From positions 512,001-576,000 of the forward strand of contig CBDCNP010000002.1 of the NCBI GenBank assembly GCA_965219415.1: a stretch of DNA of 64,000 nucleotides, written 5' to 3'. The translations under genes and the position numbers were made by a program. This document shows, one piece after another, positions 21,218 through 30,780 of the stretch. Under the pieces are notes generated by a model. It saw nothing but the letters and a program-made list of their open reading frames with translations. It searched no databases and was not told the DNA's origin. Position 1 is the first letter of the stretch. The number at the start of each line of letters is the position of its first letter. Origin of the DNA: Candidatus Marinacidobacterales bacterium (GTDB lineage Bacteria; Acidobacteriota; Vicinamibacteria; Marinacidobacterales; DATDRI01).

Positions 21218-23138
21218 ATGTCTACACCCGATCACGAATCCATACGCCACCTCTCGTGGCCGACCGAGGAAATGGCGGAGGGGTTGGCCCTCCTGGCACG
21301 ACGCGCGGGCCTCGGCCCTCGTAGCGCGCAGATACCTTCCCTAGACCAGAGCTCACGAGACGACACCTTCTCTCATTGGGATGGCGGCCAGCGCAGCGTG
21401 GATGGGGCTCGAAGCCCAGCCCGTCGAGTCCACCTATCCGGAGCTTCCCGGCTTTCTCTTGCGATCGGGGCCGGCGGTCGTTCGCTTGCCCGCACCGGGC
21501 ACGAATCGTTTTCTGCTGTTGTTGAAAGGCAAGGGGAAACAACGTCTCGATCGTCGGAAACGACCGGGCCATCCACTCACTGCCTCTCGCGCGGGTGGAA
21601 GGAATCCTGGCCCCGCACGAAGCAAAGCGAGTCGGCGTTATGGTCGACAAGCTTCTCGATCGTATCGGGCTCGTCGGACTCGATGGCACCCGTCGCCGGC
21701 AACGCGCTCGAGAAGTCATGGTGCGCGAGCGATTAGGCAAGGCTGTGGTGGGCGGTTCTTGGATATTGCGCTTGCCTGCGAGCGCTAGAACCAAGTCGCT
21801 GATGAGGCACGCGCACCTCCCCCATTACTTACTCGCCTTCATTGGGGCGCACACCGTTCAGTATCTACTGTGGATCGCTTCGTGGTGGGTGATCGGGCGC
21901 GGCGCGCTCGAGGGACGTGTAAGCTCGGGATGGCTGGCCGCTTGGGTACTTCTACTGCTTACCATGATCCCATTCCGACTAGTCGCCACCTGGTTCGAGG
22001 GTTTGTTGAGCATTCGGGCCGGAGCATTACTCAAACAAAGACTTCTGCAAGGAGCGCTTCGACTCACCCCAGACGAAATTCGGCACGACGGGGCCGGTCA
22101 TCATTTGGGTCGTGTACTCGAATCGGAGGCGGTCGAAGATCTCGCCCTCACGGGAGGGTTCTTGGCGTTGATCGCCGGGATCGAATTGATCATCGCAACC
22201 TTCGTACTCGCAACGGGTGCGGGAAGCGGGTACCACGTCGTACTTCTCGGCGCCTGGCTCGGTTTGGCGTGGATGACGGGCCGCCATTTCTTTCGGCGGC
22301 GGCGGCGGCGGTGATGGCCGGCCAGGCAAGTGCTGGGTTGTTGGGCGGTCGGACTCGGCGGCATGCTTCTCGCCTATCGAGCGCTCGACAAGCTCGTCGA
22401 TGGCTTCTCCGATCTGGCTGATGCGGTCATCGCCTGGCAACAGGTGTCCCTCCTTTCCACGGCGCTCGGCGACGAGAAGCCCCCGGCGAGCCAGCATTGG
22501 ATATCCCCCCGGATACAGGACGCCCCTCGACTCTTCTCGAAGCCGACGCGATCGGTTTTCGTTATCCCGATCGAACGTCCCCGGTTATCCAGGAGGCGAC
22601 TCTCAGGATCTCGGTGGGGGAGCGAGCGATCCTCGCTTCGCCATCGGGCGGAGGCAAGTCCACGCTGGTGTCTCTCTTGACCGGGCTCCGCACGGCAGAT
22701 TCAGGTTCGATGCTTCTTTACGGCCTCGCCCCGGAAAGGCTCGGCGCCCAACGTTGGACGCGAAGAGTCGCCGCCGCCCCACAGTTCAATGAGAATCACG
22801 TGTTCACCGAGACCTTCGCCTTCAATCTCCTGATGGGTCGCGGCTGGCCGCCGAAGCCTGCCGACCTAGAAGACGCGGAAGGGTTGTGCCAGGAGCTCGG
22901 CTTGGGTGGGCTCATCGAGAGAATGCCGGGCGGGCTTTTCCAGCTGGTCGGCGAAATGGGCTGGCAACTCTCTCATGGTGAGAAGAGCCGACTCTACATC
23001 GCGCGGGCACTGCTCCAGGGAGCCGACGTCGTGATCCTCGACGAGAGCTTTGCCGCGCTGGACCCGGAGAATTTCCGCCGGTCGCTCGAATGTGCCCTCG
23101 AGCATGCTCCCAGCCTTCTTGTAACAACCCATACCTAA
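21218..23138 (+). pseudogene. Second ABC transporter subunit (degenerate N-terminal domain, TMD, NBD), several frameshifts and an apparent internal deletion near 22310
   Basis: Pieces lie in ORFs 20963.., 21381.., 21595.., 22330.. and 22497... Walker A SPSGGGKST, signature LSHGEKSR and ILDES. Confidence 0.75.
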
Positions 23139-23306
23139 CGTTCGTGGGTGCGCTCCCACGCCGGATTTTGCCCTCGGGGTGTGGGCTTGACACCACGACG
23201 ACTTTCTTGTACGCAGGTCCTGCGGCTGTCTGGCCTGTTCAGCGGGGGGATGTTCCCACTGTTGCAGCGGGTCAGTTTCTTACCCGTTAGGGGGGGCGAA
23301 AGCCAC

Positions 23307-23360
23307 ATGAAGGTCAAGACAAGTATCAAGGCGGGGCCCAGCATCCGGAGGGGCCGGTAG
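23307..23360 (+). CDS. Putative 17-aa precursor peptide MKVKTSIKAG-PSIRRGR
   Basis: ATG at 23307 after a G-rich SD-like run, TAG at 23358-60. It lies directly downstream of the C39 exporter and upstream of a strong terminator. The AG dipeptide resembles a double-glycine-type cleavage site. Confidence 0.65.
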   Translation: MKVKTSIKAGPSIRRGR

Positions 23361-23391
23361 CCTCGACCTAAGCAACTTACGGTGTGATCTG

Positions 23392-23424
23392 GCGAGCAAC
23401 GGGTTCTCGTTGCTCGCTTTTTTT
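23392..23424 (+). terminator. Intrinsic terminator after the peptide ORF
   Basis: GCGAGCAACG-ggttct-CGTTGCTCGC followed by T7. Confidence 0.85.
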
Positions 23425-23432
23425 GCGGCTGG

Positions 23433-24125
23433 TCAACGCCCTGCTGCGCGGTCCTTGCTGAGACGACTCGCGCTCTTCTTGAACAGGGCCTTTACGTCCG
23501 GTCGCGCCAGGAACGAGCTGGAATGCTCGGGAAGGGCGCTGTTTCGAATCCACTCGACCTCCTGGGCCGCCTTTGCGAAAGCCTCGACCGCCTCCTCTGG
23601 ACGCCCAAGCGCCTGATAAGCTTCTCCGAGCGTGGCATAGCCCGCATAGAGTAGCGGCCTTCCGGAGAATCCCTCGGCGATTCGCACCGACGCCTGCGCC
23701 TCGGTCTCCGCCGCCCCAGCGTTTCCTTGTGCCAGGTACACCTCTGCTAGCGCTGCGGCGGCGCGTGCTTCGATTACACGGAGCCGGGAGTTGGCCGCCT
23801 CCCTCTTGGCCTTCACAAGAGTACTTCTTGCGTCGGCAAGTCGTCCCTCAGCCAGATAGACCCGCGCCAGCTCGACCCCCGATAAGATCTGCATTCTCCT
23901 CTCACCGGCCCGCGCTGCGGCTTCCCCACCAGATTTACACTTGGCGCGCGCTTGCCTAATATCGCCACGGAGCCGGTGCAGTCTTGACTGACCGAGAAGA
24001 ATAAGAGGTAGCAGGTCTTCCGCAAGGGCATCGCCAGCCAGCTTCGCGGCCTCGCCCAAATTCTTTTCTGCTGCCTCGAACTGACCCAGTGTGGTCAATA
24101 GGTGGCCAAGGTGAGCCTTTACATC
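23433..24125 (-). pseudogene. C-terminal fragment of a TPR protein (5' part missing)
   Basis: TPR-like helices (LGHLLTTLGQFEAA, LAEVYLAQGNAGAA, LGEAYQALGRPEEA). Upstream of about 24125 the frame is only the antisense of the neighbouring gene. Confidence 0.6.
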
Positions 24126-24129
24126 GGCT

Positions 24130-25142
24130 ACGCAGGGTGAGGTGATCGCCAACGATCTCATCCTCAAGGCAGAAACGGTCCGTATCGAAGGGACCATCGA
24201 GGGGGATCTGATCGCGGCCGCCCAATCGGTCACGGTGACCGGCCGAGTCGGCGGCGACGTAATCGTAGCGGTCCAGAAACTGAACGTGGACGGCCGGGTC
24301 GATGGGAACGTGCGAGCCGGGGCCGAGTTCATCGATCTGAAGGGGTTCGTTGCGAGGAATGTCACCGTGGCCGGCGAAAGCGTGGAGCTCCACGCCGGTG
24401 CGGTAGTAGATGGAACTTTTCCGAGAAAAGCAACCTCGATGGACGCATAGGGCGCGATCTCATCGTTTTTGCGGCAAAGAGCCGCATTAACGGCCGGATC
24501 GGGGGCACCGCCCGGTTGGCAGGAGGATCGATCAGCATTGATCCCGACTCTGAGATTGGAGGCGACGTCCGCATCTTCACCGGTAAAGATCCGGACATTT
24601 CCCCCGAAGCGACTCTTGCGAGCGATCCGGAAATCGAGATCATCCGGGAAACACCTGAGTATGCGAGTGCAGGGTCTTATCTGTGGCCGATCCTCTTCTG
24701 GGCGGCGGCCTTTGTGTACGGTTTAGTGATACTGCTCGTGCTGCCAAGATTCTTCGCTGGCGTGCTCAGCCGGATACCGAGGTACGGCCTTTCCATCGGG
24801 ATCGGAGCCGCCGCCCTCGTCGCCGTCCCGGTGGTGGCGACGATAATTAGTCTTACTCTGGTCGGACTCCCGGTTGGAATCCTCACCTTTGTGGCTTATG
24901 TCGCGGCCGTCTACTCGGCGCAAGTCTTCGTTGGAACGTGGCTGGGACGAGAGCTGTTAGGACCGCCGGTGGGGCAGGGCGATGCCATCGGAAGGCTCGC
25001 CCTGGGGCTGGCCCTGATCCACGTCGTGAAGCTGATTCCGTTCGTTGGGTCGCTGGCGGATCTAGCGGTATGCTTGTGGGGCCTGGACGCGCTCACCCTG
25101 TACTTTTTCGAGCCTCGCGCGGCGCAGACCGCGCCGGCCTAG
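24130..25142 (+). pseudogene. Polymer-forming cytoskeletal (bactofilin-like) beta-helix protein with C-terminal TM domain; 5'-truncated and frameshifted near 24415
   Basis: Repeats 'V.I.G.V.GD(L/V)' followed by a multi-TM segment 'LTLVGLP...IPFVG'. Confidence 0.7.
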
Positions 25143-25165
25143 GTAGTCTGGATTCCAAATAAGAG

Positions 25166-25684
25166 ATGGTATTGAAGGCGATACAGCAGTTTTTCGATAC
25201 CAAAATTCAGCCTGCTACGGGCATCGCCCGAACAGGTTCGGCTGGCTCGACCGCATCGGAGCACTCCCTGCAACTTGCCACCGCCGCGCTGCTGATCGAA
25301 ATGACGCGGGCCGACTTCAAGGTCGAAGAGAGCGAGCGGCGCATGGTGGGTGACGCCATTCGGCGCGCTTTCGATCTATCGCCTGAGGAAACCGCGGAGC
25401 TCATTCGTCTCGCCGAAGAGGAGTCGCAGCAATCGGTTTCGATTTACGACTTCACCCGGCTCATCGATCGGGGCTTTGAATTAGGGCAGAAAAAACACAT
25501 CGTGGAGTTGCTCTGGAGGGTAGCGTTCAGCGACGCCGAGCTCGAAAAACACGAGGAGCACCTCATCCGCAAGATCGCCAAGCTCATTCACGTCCCGCAC
25601 CCGGATTTCATCGACGCCAAGCTCAGGGCGAAGGAGTCTCTGAAGCACGAGGCGTCCGAGGAAGCGCCGCCGTCAACAACCTAG
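25166..25684 (+). CDS. TerB family protein
   Basis: 'LATAALLIEMTRAD' and 'LWRVAFSD..L..HEEHLIRKIAKL' motifs. Confidence 0.85.
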   Translation: MVLKAIQQFFDTKIQPATGIARTGSAGSTASEHSLQLATAALLIEMTRADFKVEESERRMVGDAIRRAFDLSPEETAELIRLAEEESQQSVSIYDFTRLIDRGFELGQKKHIVELLWRVAFSDAELEKHEEHLIRKIAKLIHVPHPDFIDAKLRAKESLKHEASEEAPPSTT

Positions 25685-25686
25685 GG

Positions 25687-26757
25687 CTAAGCGGTGGAGA
25701 CGGCATCCGCGATGAAGCCACCTACCTCCTTGGTTGGCTTGGCCGCATCCGGGCCCACCAAGTCGGCGGTCAAGAAACCCTTCTTCATGGAGGCCGCGAT
25801 CGCTTCGTCGATCGCAGCAGCCTCCTCACTCAAATCAAAAGAGTAGCGAAGCATCATCGCCATCGAACCGATGGCACCGATGGGGTTCGCAATTCCTTTT
25901 CCAGCGATGTCGGGAGCGGAGCCGTGCACCGGTTCGTAGAGCCCAACGCTACCCCCGATGCTTGCCGAGGGTAGAAGCCCCAAAGAGCCGGCCAACACCG
26001 ACGCCTCGTCACTCAAAATGTCGCCGAATAGATTCCCCGTCACCATGACGTCGAACTGGCGGGGGTTTGTGATGAGCTCCATCGCCGCCCGATCGACGTA
26101 CATGTGATCGAGTCGGACGTCGGCGTATTCTTTCCCGATGGATTCGACAACCTCGCGCCACATCTTAGACGTCTCGAGCACGTTGGACTTGTCCACCGAA
26201 GTGACATGGCCTTGCCGCCCTTGCGCGGCCTCGAAAGCGACCCGGGCGATCCTCTCGACCTCTGCACCGGTGTAGACCAGGGTGTTCCAGGCGCGAGCAG
26301 CCGCTCCGTCCCCTTCCCTTCCCCGCGGCTCGCCAAAGTACACGCCGCCGATGAGCTCCCGGACGATGAGCACATCCAAACCCTTTAGTGCCTCATCGCG
26401 AAACGGTGAGCCTTCGGGATTGAATTGCGACACGATGGGACGAAGGTTCGCGAAATTGCCCAGTAGGCGCCGCAGTTCCAGCAGGGCCGCCTCGGGCCGC
26501 TCACTGGGAGGGAACTTGTCATAGGCCGGATCGCCCACCGCGCCTAGAAACACCGCCTGGCTCCCGAGACAGGCGTTTCGCGTCTCGTCGGGGAAGGCCT
26601 TGCCAAACTGGGCGTAGGCCCGCGTTCCAAACGGGTGCTCCGGCGCCGAGAGCTCATGGCCGAAACGACTCGCCACGGCCTCGAGTACACGGATGGCCTC
26701 TGCCGTGACCTCGGGTCCGATGCCGTCTCCTGGAAGGACTGTTATTTCGAGCTTCAT
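25687..26757 (-). CDS. leuB: 3-isopropylmalate dehydrogenase
   Basis: LPGDGIGPEV, VDKSNVL, NLFGDILSDEAS and YEPVHGSAPDIAGKGIANP motifs. Confidence 0.97.
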   Translation of the reverse strand: MKLEITVLPGDGIGPEVTAEAIRVLEAVASRFGHELSAPEHPFGTRAYAQFGKAFPDETRNACLGSQAVFLGAVGDPAYDKFPPSERPEAALLELRRLLGNFANLRPIVSQFNPEGSPFRDEALKGLDVLIVRELIGGVYFGEPRGREGDGAAARAWNTLVYTGAEVERIARVAFEAAQGRQGHVTSVDKSNVLETSKMWREVVESIGKEYADVRLDHMYVDRAAMELITNPRQFDVMVTGNLFGDILSDEASVLAGSLGLLPSASIGGSVGLYEPVHGSAPDIAGKGIANPIGAIGSMAMMLRYSFDLSEEAAAIDEAIAASMKKGFLTADLVGPDAAKPTKEVGGFIADAVSTA

Positions 26758-26796
26758 GGTCCTCCTTTATAACCAGTGAACGCGGTTTTCCAAACC

Positions 26797-26825
26797 AAAA
26801 AAAAGGGGCGCGCTGGGCGCGCCCC
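26797..26825 (-). terminator. Intrinsic terminator in the leuB leader (attenuator candidate)
   Basis: Minus strand GGGGCGCGC-cca-GCGCGCCCC followed by T8, about 40 nt upstream of the leuB ATG. Confidence 0.75.
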
Positions 26826-27030
26826 CGAACCCCTGTCGAGAACCGAAGGACTATGTGGAGTTGTTAAGGACGTGGGTAAGGATGTAGCGGGATGATAAAG
26901 CGGCTTCGATCGTTGGATGGGATTGGCACCGCATAATAAGTCTTACGGGCCTCAAGTGGACCCTCGGTCGAATTAACCCAACAGAGGAACGATACGAGCG
27001 CATGTTAAGTAAGCTAGGTTGGGCAGAGTT

Positions 27031-27059
27031 ATCATAGGGATCCCGGGACGATCTGTCAA
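27031..27059 (-). promoter_or_regulatory. Sigma70 promoter upstream of the leuB leader
   Basis: TTGACA-17 nt-TATGAT on the minus strand. Confidence 0.75.
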
Positions 27060-27271
27060 GCATGAAGTCTTCATTCGGTGATCTTGCGGGGTCCCTCACT
27101 AGGCTGAAAAACCCGCCCTGGCTCATGCTTAGCAGTAGGCGATTCAGGCAAGTCATTTAATTACAACAATTACGGCGGAAACAATCGGGCCCGACTTTCC
27201 CGCGGGTCGACTCACGGCCCCACCAACCATTTGCCCGTTTCTCGACAGCAGACTAACATCGAGCCACCCGC

Positions 27272-29173
27272 ATGACCTCTATCGAAGAACTCGAACAAGA
27301 GTTGGCCGCACTCGCCCGGGACGAGTCGTCTGTCGAGAAACGCATCGATCTGCTCAACAAGCTGGCCTGGGAGATTGGCTACCAGAACGTAGATCGAGCC
27401 GCCGAGCTGACAGAAGAAGTCAAGACATTGGCAACCGAGCGTTCCTACCGGAAGGGCATCGCCTTCAGCCGGTTGAACGAGGCCTTCGGCGATTACTACT
27501 TCGCGAAGCACCAAAGGGCGCTTGTCCGTAGTCGCGAGGCCCTCGATCTGCTCCGCGAAATCGGCGAGCGGGGCGGTGAAGCAGACACCCTCTTCGGGCT
27601 CGGCATGGTTCATTGGTCTCTGGGCGACTACGAAAAGGCGCTCCAACACATGCACGATAGCCTGGATTTACTCCGCGATCTGGCGAACCCGAGCAGAGAA
27701 GCTTGGGTCGTCACTTCGATCGGCGGGGTCTACGAGAATCTAGGCGACCTGGACAAGGCGTTGGAGTTTCACAACCGAAGCCTCGAGATTTTCCGATCCT
27801 TGGGCGATCGAAACGGTGAAGGACGGTCGCTCACCGGTATCGGTACGGTCTTCCAACGGCAGAACGAGCAGGCGCGCGCCCTCGACTACCACCGTAGAGC
27901 GCTGACCATCTTTAGAGACGTCGGCAACAAGATGGGTCTCTCTCGCGTGCCTTAAACGATATCGGGACCCTCCATCAGGCGCGAAACAAGTTCGACAAGG
28001 CCCTTCAATTCCACACCGAAGCGCTCGAGATCCGGCGACAGCTCCGCACGAGGCACGCCGAGACGACGAGCCTCATCAATCTAGGGAAGCTCTACAACCA
28101 GAAAAAAGAGCCCGAAACGGCGCTCGGGTTTCTGGAACAAGCCCTGGCGCTTTCTACCGAGCTGGGTGCCAAGCCGAAGACGTACCAGTCTCACGAGGCG
28201 CTCTCCGAGACCTACGCCGCTTTGGGCGACTATGCCGTGGCACTCGAACACGAGCGCTCCTTCCACCGCATCAAGGAGGCCGTCTTCAGTGATGAGACCA
28301 CGACGCGATTGAAGAACCTCCAAGTTAGCTTCGAAGTCGAAAAGGCGGAAAAGGAAGCGGAGATCCACCGATTGCGGAACATCGAGCTCGCCGATGCACT
28401 CCGAAAGCTAAAGGAAGCCCAGGCACAGCTGATCCAATCGGAGAAGATGGCGGCGGTGGGCCGACTGGTCGCCGGGGTTGCCCACGAGGTCAACACGCCG
28501 ATCGGCGCCATCCAGAGCAACACCAACGTCTCGCAGCGCGCCGTCGAGAAGATTGCTCGAGCGCTAGACTCGGGTCGTTCTATCGACGAGCTCAGAAGCA
28601 ATCGAGACTTGAAACGAGGGTTAGACACACTAAAGGTGAACAACGAAACGACCGAGTCGGCCCGGACGAAGAATCTCAGAGCTCGTGAACCGCCTGAAGA
28701 ACTTCGCTCGACTCGACGAAGCCGAGTTCAAGCTAGTCGACGTCCATGAGGGTTTGGAGAGCACCCTGAGCCTCATTGCACCTCAATGGAAAGACCGCAT
28801 CCGGGTGATCAAACAGTTTGGGGCGCTGCCCAAGATCGAATGCTACCCCAACGAATTGAACCAGGTGTTCATGACCTTGCTCCTCAGTGCTTCGGAAGCG
28901 ATTGAAGGCGAAGGAACGATCACCGTCGAGACCGCAACCCATAACGGAGAGGTCTCGGTAACGACTGCGGACACCGGCAAAGGCATACCACCCGATGAGC
29001 TCGAGAAGATCTTCGACATAGGGATCAGTCAAAAGGGTCCCCAGCTACGGATGCACGCCGGCCTCGCCAACAGCTATGCGATCGTCGAACGACACCGCGG
29101 GAATATCAAAGTGGAGAGTGAGCTCGGTAAAGGGACCACCTTCCGAATCCGCCTACCGGTGAGACAAACCTGA
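27272..29173 (+). CDS. TPR-repeat sensor histidine kinase (frameshifts near 27950 and 28670)
   Basis: TPR array; H-box '[10 protein letters not shown]'; 'LNQVFM', 'DTGKGI' and 'GKGTTF' spread over three consecutive ORFs. Confidence 0.85.
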
Positions 29174-29375
29174 AACGGGGAGTTGCGGGGGCTCGGAGGT
29201 CAGGGCCGAGCCGGAAAACAGTCGTAGCTGCCCAACCACACCGGCGTCTCTTCAGCCCTCGTTATCCGCCCAGCTGCAGAACTAGACGGCGGGGAGAGCG
29301 CTCCCCGTGAATCCGATGGGGGCGCCGGAACCTGGACCGGATTCGGAAAGCGCATCGATACTCAGGGTCTGGTTT

Positions 29376-30128
29376 TCAAGCAGCACGACTCTCCAAGTGG
29401 CTCAGAATGGTCGCGGCGGCTTGGTCGGCTTCGCCACGAGACCCTTTCAGCACCGGCACCGAGTCGATGGCGCACTTCAAGGTGGCCAGTGCAAACTCCG
29501 GCCGCAAGCGGGCAACGACCGTGTTGGCCAGAAGTGCGAGCATGGGGGGACGTGCGCCAACGGTTCCGCCAATATCTTGGATCTCGACTCTTCTCGCCTG
29601 ACCGTCGCCCTCTCTAAGGGAAAGCGCTCTGGGATAAGGATGGGCGCGACCCTTCGCATCCAGTACCGCGAACTCATCGGAATAGTAGCTGGCGCCGGCT
29701 CGAACGAGCGCCTCGACGAGGGTGCTCTTCCCACTGAAGGAACGTCCAGGAATGAGAATCGCACGATTTCGCCAGCCGACGACCCCCGCGTGAACGAACA
29801 ATCGGTTCTTGGCTTGTAGCGCAACGGTGATCTGAAGATCCGATTCGAGCCCCTGCATCACCTGCTGCAAGTTTAGGCTGCGCGCCACTCGTCTGCTGTC
29901 GGAGTACAACAGGTTGTACCGGCGAATTCGCGACTTGCCGTTCGTTCCGCCGATGCGAAGAGAGTACAAGTAGTCGACCAGGGGCGATGTCGACGGCTTC
30001 CAACCTGGCGGCAGAGCCTTCGCAAACTCTTCGGGAACTTCCTTTTTGTTCACGCGGATGCCGAAGCGAACGCCGTACGCGCGAAAGGCCGTGCCACCCG
30101 CCCACCCGAGGCGGTCAAGCTTCTGCAG
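29376..30128 (-). CDS. HPr kinase-related P-loop protein
   Basis: 'FVHAGVV...ILIPGRSFSGKSTLV...YYSDE' motifs. The frame extends upstream to (L)QKLDRLGWAGG at 30128, so the start is uncertain. Confidence 0.75.
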   Translation of the reverse strand: MQKLDRLGWAGGTAFRAYGVRFGIRVNKKEVPEEFAKALPPGWKPSTSPLVDYLYSLRIGGTNGKSRIRRYNLLYSDSRRVARSLNLQQVMQGLESDLQITVALQAKNRLFVHAGVVGWRNRAILIPGRSFSGKSTLVEALVRAGASYYSDEFAVLDAKGRAHPYPRALSLREGDGQARRVEIQDIGGTVGARPPMLALLANTVVARLRPEFALATLKCAIDSVPVLKGSRGEADQAAATILSHLESRAA

Positions 30129-30780
30129 TCACGTAGACGGTTCTTTGAGTCTGGGCACGAAAGAAGCTAGCACCAGTCGTCTCCTCTCATCGGTTCATCT
30201 CGTCGTCAATTTGTTGTGGAAGATGCGCGCAAGTTAGAGCCGGCCGCGTTTGACAGCCAGGGCTTTGGCTTTTCTAAACGCTGACTGAAAAGTTGTATCT
30301 GAAAGTATATCAGTAGGTTAACAAAAGCGACCCGGCGTGCGCAACCGGCGCCGTAGACTTCCGAAGGAGATGGCCAGAGAGGCGACACGACCTTTTTCAC
30401 GACCCCATCGTTTCGTACTCCAAGACGCCGGTGTGCATGGTCATCTTCCAGTTGGGCCCGACCCTGGAGTAGACCTTGCACACTCGGCCCTTCCAATGAT
30501 TGAGGCGACCTTCACCGTCGATCCACAGGGTATCGATGTCGACCACTGCGAAGGCGCCATCGCCCTCTTGGGAGACCTCTATCTTCTTAATCTCTCTCTT
30601 GTTGTGAGACAGCCGATGGGTATCGAACAAACTCTGCCATCCCTTTCGCCACCGCTCGACGTCGTACCGACCTTGTTCCAGGATCCAGTCCATCGGATCG
30701 TGCGCTTGAGCCGTTGGAGGCCATGGCCAAACCATATCGGGATGGAAGACGGACAGGAGCAGGTCGACGTCCTGGGTATC

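Noticed and set aside
26851-27156. 101-aa ORF upstream of leuB as a protein gene
   Set aside because: It spans the leuB promoter; only its distal part is considered, as a possible leader peptide.
19640-28690. Frameshifts as programmed ribosomal frameshifting
   Set aside because: They are scattered over unrelated genes without consistent slippery sites, so sequencing indels or decay explain them more simply.
30129-30131. In-frame TGA upstream of the HPr-kinase-like gene as a second Sec codon
   Set aside because: It is not at a Cys-equivalent position, there is no clear upstream start and no convincing SECIS hairpin.
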